DNA of 64,000 bases from an uncultured Actinomycetes bacterium (GTDB taxonomy: Bacteria > Actinomycetota > UBA4738 > HRBIN12): positions 141,346 through 205,345 of the forward strand of contig CAWCPZ010000003.1 of NCBI GenBank assembly GCA_963797635.1. Direction: 5' to 3'. The notes under the pieces are model-generated. The model made no database searches. It saw only the letters and a list, made by a program, of their open reading frames with translations, and was not told the DNA's origin. A program made the position numbers and the translations under genes. Shown piece after piece: positions 9,512-19,864 of this stretch. Positions within the stretch are counted from its first letter, which is position 1. Each line of letters opens with the position of its first letter.

Positions 9512-11597
9512 ATGAGCGATCGCCCGGCGAACCGGCTCGCGGACCAGACCAGCCCCTACCTCCTGCAGCACGCGCACAACCCGGTGGACTGGTACCCGTG
9601 GGGACCGGACGCGCTGAACGCGGCACGCGAACGCGACGTGCCGATCTTCCTGTCGATCGGCTACGCGGCCTGCCACTGGTGTCACGTGATGGAGCGCGAG
9701 TCGTTCGAGGACGAAGCGACCGCGGCGTTGATGAACACATCCTTCGTCTCGATCAAGGTGGACCGGGAGGAGCGACCCGACCTGGACGGCATCTACATGG
9801 ATGCGGTGCAGGCGATGACGGGTCACGGCGGCTGGCCCATGTCGGCGTTCCTCACGCCCGACGGACGGCCGTTCTACGCGGGCACGTACTACCCACCGGA
9901 GCCGCGTCCCGGGATGCCGTCGTTCCGCCAGGTGCTGACGGGGATCGCCGAAGCATGGGATGAGCGTCGCGACGAGATCGTGGCCCAGGCCGGCAAGGTG
10001 ACGGAGTCGATCGCCAGCGTGGGGTCGCTGGAAGGATCGAACGATCCCTTGACCGGGGAGGTCGCCCGGGAGGCCATGCAGGCCCTGCGGCCCTCGTTCG
10101 ACGGCCGCTGGGGCGGGTTCGGCGGCGCACCGAAGTTCCCGCAGCCGATGACGCTGGAATTCTGCCTGCGGCAGTCGCTGCGCGGCGTGCCCGACGCGCT
10201 GGAGATGGTGGTGATCTCGCTCGACCGGATGGCGGAGGGCGGGATCTACGACCATGTGGGCGGGGGGTTCGCCCGGTACTCCACCGACGGTGCGTGGCAC
10301 GTTCCCCACTTCGAGAAGATGCTCTACGACAACGCCCAGCTCGTGCAGCTGTACACGCGGACCTGGCAGGTCACCGGCGAGGATCGCTACCGCCGCGTGG
10401 CGACCGAGACGGTCGAGTACCTGCTGCGGGAGATGCAGCATCCCGAGGGCGGGTTCTTCTCCTCCCAGGACGCCGACTCCGAAGGCGTCGAGGGCAGGTT
10501 CTTCACGTGGACCTGGGACGAGTTGGTCGACCTGGTCGGCGAGCCGGTGGCGGCGTGCTTCGGCGCCACGGTCGAGGGCAACTGGGCCGGCGAGGAGGGG
10601 CGCACGAACGTGCTGTGGCGTCCGATCGCGATCTCGGCGGTGGCGCGCGAGCACGGACTCGATCCCACGGACCTCGAGGCGATGGTGGAGGACGCGCGCA
10701 CCGTCCTGTTCGAGGCACGGGACGCACGCGTCCACCCCGGCACCGACGACAAGGTGCTCACGGCATGGAACGCGATGGCGATCCGAGCGCTGGCCGAAGC
10801 AGGCCGCGCCTTCGACGAACCCCGCTACATCGAGGCGGCGACGCGCTGCGCGTCGTTCGTGCATGACGCACCTGCGTGACCAGGGCGGACGGCTCCTTCG
10901 CTCGTGGCGGAACGGGGTGGCCGGAGGTCCCGCCTTCTGCGAGGACCATGCGCAGTTCGCGTCGGCGTGCCTCACCCTCTACGAGACCACGCACGACCTC
11001 GCATGGTTCACCGCCGCGCGCGAGACGGCCGATGCGATGCTGCGGCTGTTCGCCGACACGGAACGCGGCGGCTTCTTCGTGACCGGGTCGGACGCCGACC
11101 CGTTGGTGGTTCGTCCCAAGGACCTGCAGGACAACGCGGTGCCCAGCGGCAACTCGGTGGCGGCCGAGGTGCTGCTGCGCCTGTCGCACCTCACCGGTGA
11201 GGTGTCCTACGAGGAGGCGGGCGCGTCGGCGCTCCGCCTGGTGCGCGACGTGATGGGCAGGGTGCCGACAGGGTTCGGCCACGCGTTGTGCGCGCTGGAC
11301 CTGGTCCTCGGGCCCGTCCACGAGGTGGCGATCGTGGGACCGATCGATGCGGCGGCGACGCGCGCGTTGACGCGCGAGGTCACGGTGCGCCGGTATCTGC
11401 CGAACGCGGTGCTCGCGGTGGCCGGACCGGAGGACGACGGCGCGCGCGAAGCGGTCGCGCTGCTCACCGACCGCGAGCCTCGCGACGGTCAGCCGACGGC
11501 GTACGTGTGCGAGCACTTCACCTGCAAGCTGCCCGTCACCGCGCCCGAAGACCTGGCCGCCCAGCTCACGCCCGCCGGTTCCGACGGTCTCGGGTAG
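9512..11597 (+). CDS. YyaL/SPATA20-like thioredoxin-domain protein (DUF255 + alpha/alpha barrel), frameshift ~10865
   Basis: [71 protein letters not shown]. Confidence 0.93.
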
Positions 11598-11741
11598 GGT
11601 CAAAGGATGTTGAAGGCTGCATCATGTTGAAGGCTGCATCATGTTGAAGGCTGATCATCCGCGCCCGGAGACCTGGCGGCCAGCTCACGGGGGCCGGTTC
11701 CGACGGTCGCGGGTAGGGTCAAAGGATGTGGAAGGCTGCAT
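11539..11741 (+). repeat. ~84-bp imperfect direct repeat (11539-11622 / 11659-11741) with a 17-bp tandem repeat ATGTTGAAGGCTGCATC x~3 (11607-11656)
   Basis: Read directly from the sequence; the first copy covers the 3' end of the yyaL-like gene. Confidence 0.9.
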
Positions 11742-11785
11742 AGGCTGGGCTCCGACCATGCCTGGGTACGATGGGGAGATGAGAT

Positions 11786-12244
11786 GTGAAGCCTGGAGAT
11801 CCCGCACCCGCGTTCACCCTGAAGGATCAAGCGGGCAACGACGTGTCGCTCTCCGACTTCGCCGGCCGCACGCTCCTCGTCTACTTCTATCCGGCGGCCG
11901 ACACGCCGGGGTGCACCACCCAGTCGTGCGCGGTCCGTGATGCCCGCGAGGACCTCACCTCGCTCGGGGTCGACGTCGTGGGCATCTCCCCGGACGAACC
12001 GGGACCGCAGGCCGCGTTCGACGAGAAGTTCGGCCTCGGGTTCCCGCTCCTGAGCGACCCCGATCACGCGGTGGCCGACGCGTGGGGCACGTGGGGTGAG
12101 AAGTCGATGTACGGCAAGACGTACATGGGCATCATCCGGTCCTCCTTCCTGGTCGACGGCGACGGGAACATCCGGGACGCCTGGTACAAGGTCTCGCCCA
12201 AGGACACCGTGCCGAACGCGATGAAGGCGCTGCAGCAGGCCTGA
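11786..12244 (+). CDS. bcp: Thioredoxin-dependent thiol peroxidase Bcp/PrxQ
   Basis: YFYPAADTPGCTTQSC peroxidatic motif; GEKSMYGKTYMGIIRSSF. Confidence 0.95.
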   Translation: MKPGDPAPAFTLKDQAGNDVSLSDFAGRTLLVYFYPAADTPGCTTQSCAVRDAREDLTSLGVDVVGISPDEPGPQAAFDEKFGLGFPLLSDPDHAVADAWGTWGEKSMYGKTYMGIIRSSFLVDGDGNIRDAWYKVSPKDTVPNAMKALQQA

Positions 12245-12254
12245 TCCGACGCGC

Positions 12255-12302
12255 TTGACGAGGTGCTGGGTAAGCTGTAACTTACCGTAAGTGATGGCTT
12301 AC
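12255..12302 (+). promoter_or_regulatory. sigmaA-type promoter TTGACG-N17-TAACTT overlapped by two tandem GTAAG-N6-CTTAC operators
   Basis: Palindromes at 12270-12285 and 12287-12302 cover the -10 box and the start codon of the ArsR gene. Confidence 0.75.
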
Positions 12303-12638
12303 CCACTTGCCGCCGACCTCGCCCTGGACGCGCTCGGAGATCCCACCCGGCGCCGCGTGATGGAGCTGCTCCGCACCGGGCCACGCGCGGTGGGCGACCT
12401 CGCGGCCGAACTCCCGGTGAGCCGGCCGGCCGTGTCCCAGCACCTTCGCGTGCTGAAGGGCGCGGGACTCGTCACCAGCCGGCCGCACGGCACCCGGCAC
12501 CTCTACTCGATCGACGACGAGGGCCTGGTCGCCATCCGCACCTACCTGGAAACGTTCTGGGACGACGCCCTCGCCGCCTTCAAGGACGCGGCCGAAGGGT
12601 CCCCCGCCACACCATCTGAGGGAGGAGAGCACCCGTGA
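12291..12638 (+). CDS. ArsR/SmtB family transcriptional regulator
   Basis: ALGDPTRRRVMELL..VSRPAVSQHLRVLKGAGLV. Confidence 0.92.
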   Translation: MMAYPLAADLALDALGDPTRRRVMELLRTGPRAVGDLAAELPVSRPAVSQHLRVLKGAGLVTSRPHGTRHLYSIDDEGLVAIRTYLETFWDDALAAFKDAAEGSPATPSEGGEHP

Positions 12639-13102
12639 TCGACCCCATCCGCCGCACCATCACGGTCACCTGCGACCCGGCCACGGCCTTCCGCGTGTTC
12701 ACCGACGAGATGGCCACGTGGTGGCCGCTCGACACCTTCTCCCGATCGGCCGATGAAGGCGGCGCCCCCGTGGCCTCCATGGTGTTCGACCACGAGGGGG
12801 GCGGCACGATCTGGGAGGTGCGCGCCGACGGTGGGCGGGCATCGTGGGGCCAGATCCTCGCCTGGGAACCACCTACCCGGCTGGTCATGGCGTGGAAACC
12901 GCACGACCGCCCCGTCGGACCCACCGAGGTCGAGGTGACGTTCACGGCGCTCGAGGAGGGCGGGACACGGGTCGACCTCGAACACCGAGGCTGGGAACGC
13001 CTCGGCGACCTCGCGCTCGAGGGCCGCGAGAACTATGCGAGCGGGTGGCCGATGGTCTTCGATCAGCGATTCGCCAACGCCGCGAACGGGGTGGCCGCCT
13101 GA
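12635..13102 (+). CDS. SRPBCC/AHSA1-like domain protein
   Basis: AFRVFT..WWP, WEPPTRLVMAW, TEVEVTF..GTRVDLEHRGWE; typical partner of an ArsR gene. Confidence 0.88.
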   Translation: MIDPIRRTITVTCDPATAFRVFTDEMATWWPLDTFSRSADEGGAPVASMVFDHEGGGTIWEVRADGGRASWGQILAWEPPTRLVMAWKPHDRPVGPTEVEVTFTALEEGGTRVDLEHRGWERLGDLALEGRENYASGWPMVFDQRFANAANGVAA

Positions 13103-13177
13103 GGGGCACGCCCACGCAGATCCGCTCGATCCGCGCCCGGTAGACTGGCCGCTTCCCGACCTCCAGGAGGCTGGCCC

Positions 13178-13687
13178 ATGCCCAACGCCACCATCGTCAC
13201 GAACCAGGGTTCGTTCACCGTCACCCTGATGCCCGAGCACGCCCCGAAGACCGTGCAGAACTTCGTCGATCTCGCCACCGGCGGACGTGAGTGGACCGAC
13301 CCGCGGGACGGCCAGACCAAGTCCGATGCCTTGTATCCGGGCACCGTGTTCCACCGGGTGATCGACGGGTTCATGGTGCAGGGCGGCGACCCCACGGGCA
13401 CGGGCATGGGCGGTCCCGGCTACACGTTCGAGGACGAATGCCCGCCCGACGGTCCCACGTTCAACCAGGTGGGTCGGCTCGCGATGGCCAACGCCGGACC
13501 CGGCACGAACGGTTCGCAGTTCTTCGTGACCGTGGCCGAGACGCCGTGGTTGAACGGGCGACACACGATCTTCGGGCAGGTCACCGAGGGCTACGACGTG
13601 GTGGAAGCGATGTCGAAGGTGGCCACCAGCGGCCAGGACAAGCCCGCCGACGAGATCGTGATCGAGCGCATCGACATCGCCGAGTGA
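13178..13687 (+). CDS. ppiA: Cyclophilin-type peptidyl-prolyl cis-trans isomerase
   Basis: APKTVQNFV, FHRVIDGFMVQGGDPTGTG, LAMANAGPGTNGSQFF. Confidence 0.95.
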   Translation: MPNATIVTNQGSFTVTLMPEHAPKTVQNFVDLATGGREWTDPRDGQTKSDALYPGTVFHRVIDGFMVQGGDPTGTGMGGPGYTFEDECPPDGPTFNQVGRLAMANAGPGTNGSQFFVTVAETPWLNGRHTIFGQVTEGYDVVEAMSKVATSGQDKPADEIVIERIDIAE

Positions 13688-14316
13688 CCGCCGTCCTCTG
13701 TTACGGGGACTCCAACACCTGGGGCTACGCCGCCTCGACCCAGCAGCGCCTGGGCCGATGGGAGCGGTGGCCCGGCGTCGTGCAACGCGCGCTCGGTGAG
13801 GACGTCCACGTGATCGAGGAGGCCCTCAACGGCCGCACGACGGCGTTCGAGGTGCCGTTCGATCCGGGGCGCAACGGGCTGGCGTACCTGCCGATCGCGC
13901 TGGAGAGCCACGCGCCCCTCGACGTCGTGGTGATCGCGCTGGGCGTGAACGACCTGTTCGTGCCGGGGGCGCTCTCGGTGCACCATGCGGCGCGAGGCGC
14001 GATCACCCTGGCCGAGGTGGTGGCGACGAGCGGCACCGGGCCCGGCGGCGAGGCGCCCGAGGTGCTGCTGCTGGTGCCGCCCCCGCTCGCTGCCCTCGGG
14101 GTGTGGGACGCCGAGAGCCCGCACGCGGAGCTGGAGTCCCGCGGGTTCGCCGACGCCTACCGCCTCGTGGCCGAAGACGCCCAGGTGCCGCTGCTCGACC
14201 TCGGGGCGTTCGTGACCTCGAGCCCGGTGGACGGCGTGCACTTCGAGGCCGAGGACCACCGCGTGATGGGCGAGGCGATCGCGGCGGCGCTGCGCGACCT
14301 GATGGAGCTGCGCTAG
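13684..14316 (+). CDS. SGNH/GDSL hydrolase (arylesterase-like)
   Basis: LCYGDSNTWG, EEALNGRTT, LGVND, DGVH; GTGA overlap with ppiA. Confidence 0.9.
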   Translation: MTAVLCYGDSNTWGYAASTQQRLGRWERWPGVVQRALGEDVHVIEEALNGRTTAFEVPFDPGRNGLAYLPIALESHAPLDVVVIALGVNDLFVPGALSVHHAARGAITLAEVVATSGTGPGGEAPEVLLLVPPPLAALGVWDAESPHAELESRGFADAYRLVAEDAQVPLLDLGAFVTSSPVDGVHFEAEDHRVMGEAIAAALRDLMELR

Positions 14317-14351
14317 CGCGCCGTCGTCGTTGGCCCGCGTCACGCGGCGAG

Positions 14352-14870
14352 TCACGCCGGCGGGTCGAGCCGGTACACGAGGTGTCCCCAGCCGGCGCGG
14401 ATCGTCCCGCGCCAGATCTCGAACCCCAGCTTCTCGGCCACCCGCCACGAGCCGATGTTCTCGGGGCGGATCAACGAGATGAGGAACGCCGGCTGCAGTT
14501 CGGCGAACGCCCAGTCGCGGCAGGCGGCACCGGCCTCGGTGGCGAACCCCCGCCCCTGCCGGTCGCGGCGGATGTGCCAGCCCAGCTCCAGCAGCGACTC
14601 GCCGTCGACGTCCTGGAACGAGGGCCCGCAGTCGCCGATCACCTCGCCGGTCGCGCGTTCCTCCACCGCGAGGAGCCCGGTGCCGTCCGCCACGTACCGC
14701 TCGAGCTGGCGGTCGATCCATCGGGCGGTGGCCGCGCGGTCGAACGGCGCCGGGTACCACCGCATCGACACGGGGTCACCCAGGACCGCCTGCAGGGCAT
14801 CGAGGTCGGAGCCGTCGGCCGCGTACGGGCGCAGGCGCAGACGCTCGGTCTCCAGGGTGGGCGGACTCAT
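14352..14870 (-). CDS. GNAT N-acetyltransferase (RimJ/RimL type)
   Basis: LETERLRLRP, ELGWHI..QGRGFATEA, ENIGSWRVAEKLGF. Confidence 0.9.
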   Translation of the reverse strand: MSPPTLETERLRLRPYAADGSDLDALQAVLGDPVSMRWYPAPFDRAATARWIDRQLERYVADGTGLLAVEERATGEVIGDCGPSFQDVDGESLLELGWHIRRDRQGRGFATEAGAACRDWAFAELQPAFLISLIRPENIGSWRVAEKLGFEIWRGTIRAGWGHLVYRLDPPA

Positions 14871-14974
14871 CCGACGGACGAGTCTAGATGCCGTGGTCAC
14901 GGCTCGCGGTTACCGCTCCCCCGGCGGTTCGGTCCATACTGCGGGCTCTCCACGCGCACGGAAGGATCCTCCTC

Positions 14975-15961
14975 ATGAGCGAACGACCGAACATCCTGGT
15001 GACCCGGCCGATCATGGACGGGGCGACGGCGACCCTGCGCGAACGCGCCGACGTCACGATCCACGAGAACGAGTTCGGCATCCCGCGGGACGAGCTCCTC
15101 GAGGTGATCGCCGGCCGCGACGCCATCATCACGATGCTCACCGAGCAGGTCGACGCCGAGTTCCTGGCCGCGGCCGGGCCGAACCTGACGATCGTCGCCA
15201 ACCACGCCGTGGGCTTCGACAACATCGACGTTGCCGCGTGCACCGCCGCCGGCGTGCTGGCCACCAACACGCCCGACGTGCTCACCGAGACCACCGCCGA
15301 CACCGCGTTCGCGCTGCTGATGGCGGCCGCGCGGCGCCTGGGCGAAGGGGAACGCTTCCTGCGCGCGGAGCGGCCCTGGATCTGGGGTCCGCTGATGATG
15401 CTGGGCCAGGACGTGCACCACAAGACGATCGGCATCGTGGGGTTCGGCCGGATCGGGCAGGCGGTGGCCCGGCGCGCGAAGGGCTTCGGGATGGACGTGA
15501 TCTACGCCGACGCGTTCCAGCTCCCCGCCGACGTCGAAGCCGAGACCGGCGCCCGGCGCGTGGAGCTCGAGGCGCTCCTGGAGCAGGCGGACTTCGTCTC
15601 GATCCACACGAACCTCACGGAGGAGACGCGGCATCTGTTCGACGCCGAAGCGTTCAAGCGCATGAAGCCGACCGCCGTGTTGGTCAACACCTCTCGCGGG
15701 CCTGTCGTCAACGAATCGGCGCTCGCCGATGCCCTGGAGTCCGGCGAGATCTTCGGCGCGGGGCTCGACGTGTTCGAGCGTGAGCCCCAGGTCGAACCCC
15801 GTCTGCTGGCGCTGGAGAACGTCGTGGTGATCCCGCACCTGGGCAGTGCCACGGTGGACACCCGGGATGCCATGGGCGCGCTGGCGGTGCAGAACGTGTT
15901 CGCGGCGCTGGACGGCACGCGGCCGCCTACACTGCTGAATCCCGACGCGTTCAAGGAGTGA
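14975..15961 (+). CDS. D-glycerate dehydrogenase / hydroxypyruvate-glyoxylate reductase (GyaR/GhrB type)
   Basis: NHAVGFDNID, NTPDVLTETTAD, GIVGFGRIG, NTSRGPVV, GLDVFEREP, PHLGSAT. Confidence 0.9.
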   Translation: MSERPNILVTRPIMDGATATLRERADVTIHENEFGIPRDELLEVIAGRDAIITMLTEQVDAEFLAAAGPNLTIVANHAVGFDNIDVAACTAAGVLATNTPDVLTETTADTAFALLMAAARRLGEGERFLRAERPWIWGPLMMLGQDVHHKTIGIVGFGRIGQAVARRAKGFGMDVIYADAFQLPADVEAETGARRVELEALLEQADFVSIHTNLTEETRHLFDAEAFKRMKPTAVLVNTSRGPVVNESALADALESGEIFGAGLDVFEREPQVEPRLLALENVVVIPHLGSATVDTRDAMGALAVQNVFAALDGTRPPTLLNPDAFKE

Positions 15962-15968
15962 CGACGGC

Positions 15969-18571
15969 GTGACCGCCCGCGCGGCCGCTTCGACGGGCCG
16001 CCGAGAGCGGCCCGCCTCCCCTGAGCTCCGGCGTGACGTTCGCCTGCTCACGACGATGCTCGGCGACGCGATCGCCGAGAGCGGCGGCCCCGCGCTGCTC
16101 GCCGAGGTGGAGGCGCTCCGCCTCGCGACGATCGCGTTCCGGGGCACGCCCACGGCGGCCCGCCGGGCCACGATCGTCTCCCTCGTGGATCAGCTCGATG
16201 TGTCACGCGCCGAAGACGTGATCCGCGCGTTCACCTGCTACTTCCAGCTGGTGAACCTGGCCGAGGAGCGCCAGCGTCTGCGCGTCCTGGCGCGTCGCGC
16301 CCGTTCGGGCAAGCCGGTGAAGGACTCGATCGACGCCCTGGACGTGGATGCGTCCGCGTTCGAGGATCTGCGCATCACGCCGGTGCTGACCGCCCACCCC
16401 ACCGAGGCCAAGCGTCGCGCCGTGGTCGAGCACCTGTGGCGGATCGGCGCCCTGCTCGAACAGCTCGAGGACCTGCCCACGGGAGCCGCCGATGAGCAGG
16501 AGGTCCATCGCCGGCTGCGCGAGGAGATCGCCGGGCTGTGGCGTACGGAGCCGATCCGCCGGCATCGTCCCGAACCGCTCGATGAGGTGCGCGCGACGCT
16601 CGCCCTGTTCGACCAGACGATCTTCGTGACCCTGCCGGCGATCTATCGCGCGGTGGACCGCACCCTCGACCCCGAACGCTGTGGAGCGCGGCCGCCCTCG
16701 TTCGCGCCGTTCCTCCGATGGGGCACCTGGGTGGGGGGCGATCGTGACGGCAACCCCGCCGTCACCGCCGAGGTCACGCGGGCGGCGATGGCGATCCAGA
16801 CCGACCATGCGCTCCGGGGGATGGAGGCGGCCGCTCGGCGGATCGCCCGGACCCTGTCGGTGTCCGAGCGCGACGTGCCGCCGAGCCGCGCACTGCGCCG
16901 GGCGTTGGATCGGGACGCCGGCGAGCTTCCCGAGGTCGCCACCGAACTCGGACGGACGCTGTCCGACGCACCCCACCGACGGAAGCTGGGCCTGGCGGCC
17001 CATCGGCTCGCGGCGACCCGGCTGGGCATCCGCGGGGCCTACGCCGGCCCGTCCGAGTTCCTCACGGACATCGAGACGCTGCAACGCTCCCTCGAGGCCG
17101 GTGGCGCTCCGAGGCTGGCGTGGGGCGAGCTGCAACACCTGCGGTGGCAGGTGGAGACGTTCGGGTTCCATCTGGCGTCGATGGAGGTGCGGCAGCATTC
17201 GAGCGTGCTGGCGACCGCCCGCGAGGAGGTCGCCGGTGCGCGGTCATCCCGGCCCTCCCCGCAGACGCGCGAGGTGCTTGGCGACCTTCCGGGCGATCGC
17301 GGACATCCAGCAGCGCCTGGGACCGGAGGCGTGCGAGCGCGTCGTGGTGAGCTTCACGAAGTCGGCGGCGGACCTGGCCGGAGTGCTGGAGCTCGCGCGC
17401 GTCGCGGTGCCGGAGGGGCCCCCCGATGTCGTGCCCGTGCCGCTGCTCGAGTCGCGCCACGAACTCGCGAACGCCACCACGATCCTGGACGAGTGGACCG
17501 CGATGCGCGAGACCAGGGCGCTGCTTCGCCGCCGCGGCAACGAGCTCGAGGTGATGGTGGGCTACTCCGATTCCGCGAAGGAGGTCGGCATGCTCGCCGC
17601 CAACCTCGAGCTGTACGCGGCGCAGCGGTCGATGGCGGCGTGGGCGCGCGAGCACGGACTGCGGCTCACGATCTTCCACGGCCGCGGCGGCGCCTTGGGC
17701 CGCGGCGGCGGACCGGCGAGCCAGGCGATCACCGCCGAGCCACCGGGTTCGATGGACGGCCGGTTCAAGGTGACCGAGCAGGGCGAGGTGGCGTTCGCCC
17801 GCTACGGGAACCCCGCGCTGGCGCGGCGGCACCTGGAACAGCTCACGAACGCCGTGGTGCGCGCGAGCCGAGGAACCCACCGGCGCCCACGATCCCGCCG
17901 ACGGGTTCGCCGAGGAGATCGCCGTGCTGTCGGCGGCCTCGCGCGAGCGGTACGAGTCGCTCGTGCACGCCGACGGGTTCGTCGAGTTCTTCCGGCGCGT
18001 CACCCCGATCGCGCAGATCGGCACGCTGCCGATCGCGTCGCGGCCCGTCTCGCGAGGCCTGGACGCCGGCGCCGTGCTCGAGGACCTGCGCGCGATCCCA
18101 TGGGTCTTCGCCTGGGGTCAGAGCCGCGTGAACCTCACCGGGTGGTACGGGCTCGGCGCCGGACTCGCGGCGGTGGCCGGCCGGCGCGGCGGGCTCGGGC
18201 GCCTCCGCGCGATGGCGCGTGCGTGGCCCTTCTTCGCCACGCTGCTCGAGAACGCCGAGCTCTCGCTCGCGAAGGCCGACCCGGCGATCGCGGATCTCTA
18301 CCTGGCCCGCGGCGACCGCCCCGACCTCAGCGCCACGATCCGCGAGGAGATGCAGCGGACCACCGAGCTCGTCCTGTCCGTGACCGGGCACGACCACGTG
18401 CTGGACGCCAAACCCGACCTGCAGCGCGCCATCGAGTTCCGGAATCCGTACGTCGACGCCCTGTCGTTCCTGCAGGTGCGGTTCCTGGGCGAACGGCCCG
18501 GCGTGCGCACGGAGCGCCTGGTCCAGGCCACGATCAGCGGGGTCGCGGCCGGCCTGCAGAACACCGGCTGA
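15969..18571 (+). CDS. ppc: Phosphoenolpyruvate carboxylase, frameshifts ~17280 and ~17880
   Basis: VLTAHPTE, WVGGDRDGNP, MVGYSDSAKE, FHGRGGALGRGGGP, TEQGE, LRAIPWVFAW, C-terminal GLQNTG. Confidence 0.95.
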
Positions 18572-18710
18572 ACGGCGGGTCCCTGACCGGCGGTGAGGCG
18601 GCCGGGCTATCGCCGGATCCGGCACCTATGCCATACTCCGGTCTTCCTTTGAACGCCCGTTCAAACTTCGGGCTCTGCCGTTCGCGGGGCCTCGTGAGGG
18701 AGGGACAGAC

Positions 18711-19856
18711 ATGAGCGAGACGCTCGTCACCAGCATCCCGGCGCTGCAGCCGGGCGAACGGCTCCTGTGCGGCCCCGGGCCGTCCAACGTGAACCCCAAG
18801 GTGCTCGAAGCGATGGGCAACCCGATGAACGGGCACCTCGACCCCGACTTCTGGGACATCCTGGTCGACCTCACCGCCGGGCTCCAGGCGCTCTGGCAGC
18901 GGGCCGACGGACTGTCGCTGTGCTTCAGCGCCTCCGGGACCTCCGGCATGGAAGCCGGCCTCGCGAACCTCACCGAACCCGGCGAGAAGGTCATCGTGAT
19001 CCACGCCGGGTTCTTCGGGGCCAGGATCGCCGAGATGGCCAAGCGCGCCGGCACCGAGCTCGTCGAACTCACCGCGCCGCTCGGCCAGATCGTGCCGCTG
19101 GATCAGGTCGAGGAGGCCCTGCGCGCCAACCCCGACACGAGGCTGGTGGCGGTGGTGCACGCCGAGACCTCGACCGGTGTTCGGTACCCGGTTGCGGAGC
19201 TGGGTTCGCTCATGCGGGAAGCGGCGCCCGATGCGCTGCTGATGGTCGACGCCGTGACCTCGCTGGGCGGCGAGCAGGTCTCCCCCACCGAGTGGAACAT
19301 CGACTACGCCTACTCGTGCTCGCAGAAGTCGCTGGGCTGCCCACCCGGGCTGAGCCCGTTCACGGTGTCGCCGCGTGCGCTCGAACGGGCCCGCAACCGC
19401 AAGGCGCCCGTCTCGTTCAGCTTCGACATCGACCTGCTGGAGAAGTACTGGGTCGAGCGCCCGATGACCTACCACCACACGATGCCGATCCTGCAGTACT
19501 ACGCGCTGTACGAGGGCATCCGGCTCGCCCTCGAGGAGGGCCTGCAGAACCGGTGGGCTCGCCACGAGGACGCCGGCCGCTACTTCCAGCAGCAGATGCG
19601 CGACCGTGGTTACACGTTCCTGTCCGATCCGGACCATCAGCTGTGGGAATTGAGCGCGATCGACGTGCCCGAGGGCGTGGACGGCAAGGACATCCAGTCG
19701 ACGATCCTGCGCACGTTCAACATCGAGGTGGGCGGCGGCCTCGGCCCCACCGCGCCCCCGATCTGGCGGGTGGGCCTGATGGGCGTGAACGCCAACCGTG
19801 AGACCGCCGACCGGGTGCTGGCGGCCTTCGACGAGGTCCTGCCCCGCTCAGCGTAG
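18711..19856 (+). CDS. Serine/alanine-glyoxylate aminotransferase (class V PLP)
   Basis: LLCGPGPSN, SGTSGMEA, VHAETSTG, VDAVTSLGG, SQK (PLP Lys), YHHT, WRVGLMG. Confidence 0.9.
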   Translation: MSETLVTSIPALQPGERLLCGPGPSNVNPKVLEAMGNPMNGHLDPDFWDILVDLTAGLQALWQRADGLSLCFSASGTSGMEAGLANLTEPGEKVIVIHAGFFGARIAEMAKRAGTELVELTAPLGQIVPLDQVEEALRANPDTRLVAVVHAETSTGVRYPVAELGSLMREAAPDALLMVDAVTSLGGEQVSPTEWNIDYAYSCSQKSLGCPPGLSPFTVSPRALERARNRKAPVSFSFDIDLLEKYWVERPMTYHHTMPILQYYALYEGIRLALEEGLQNRWARHEDAGRYFQQQMRDRGYTFLSDPDHQLWELSAIDVPEGVDGKDIQSTILRTFNIEVGGGLGPTAPPIWRVGLMGVNANRETADRVLAAFDEVLPRSA

Positions 19857-19864
19857 GTGCCCTC

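Noticed and set aside
8777-10975. 732-aa ORF as a giant response regulator
   Set aside because: The N-terminal ~510 aa are the antisense shadow of the yyaL-like gene; the real start is at 9433.
11607-11656. Mini CRISPR array
   Set aside because: The 17-bp units are directly adjacent with no spacers, and there are no cas genes.
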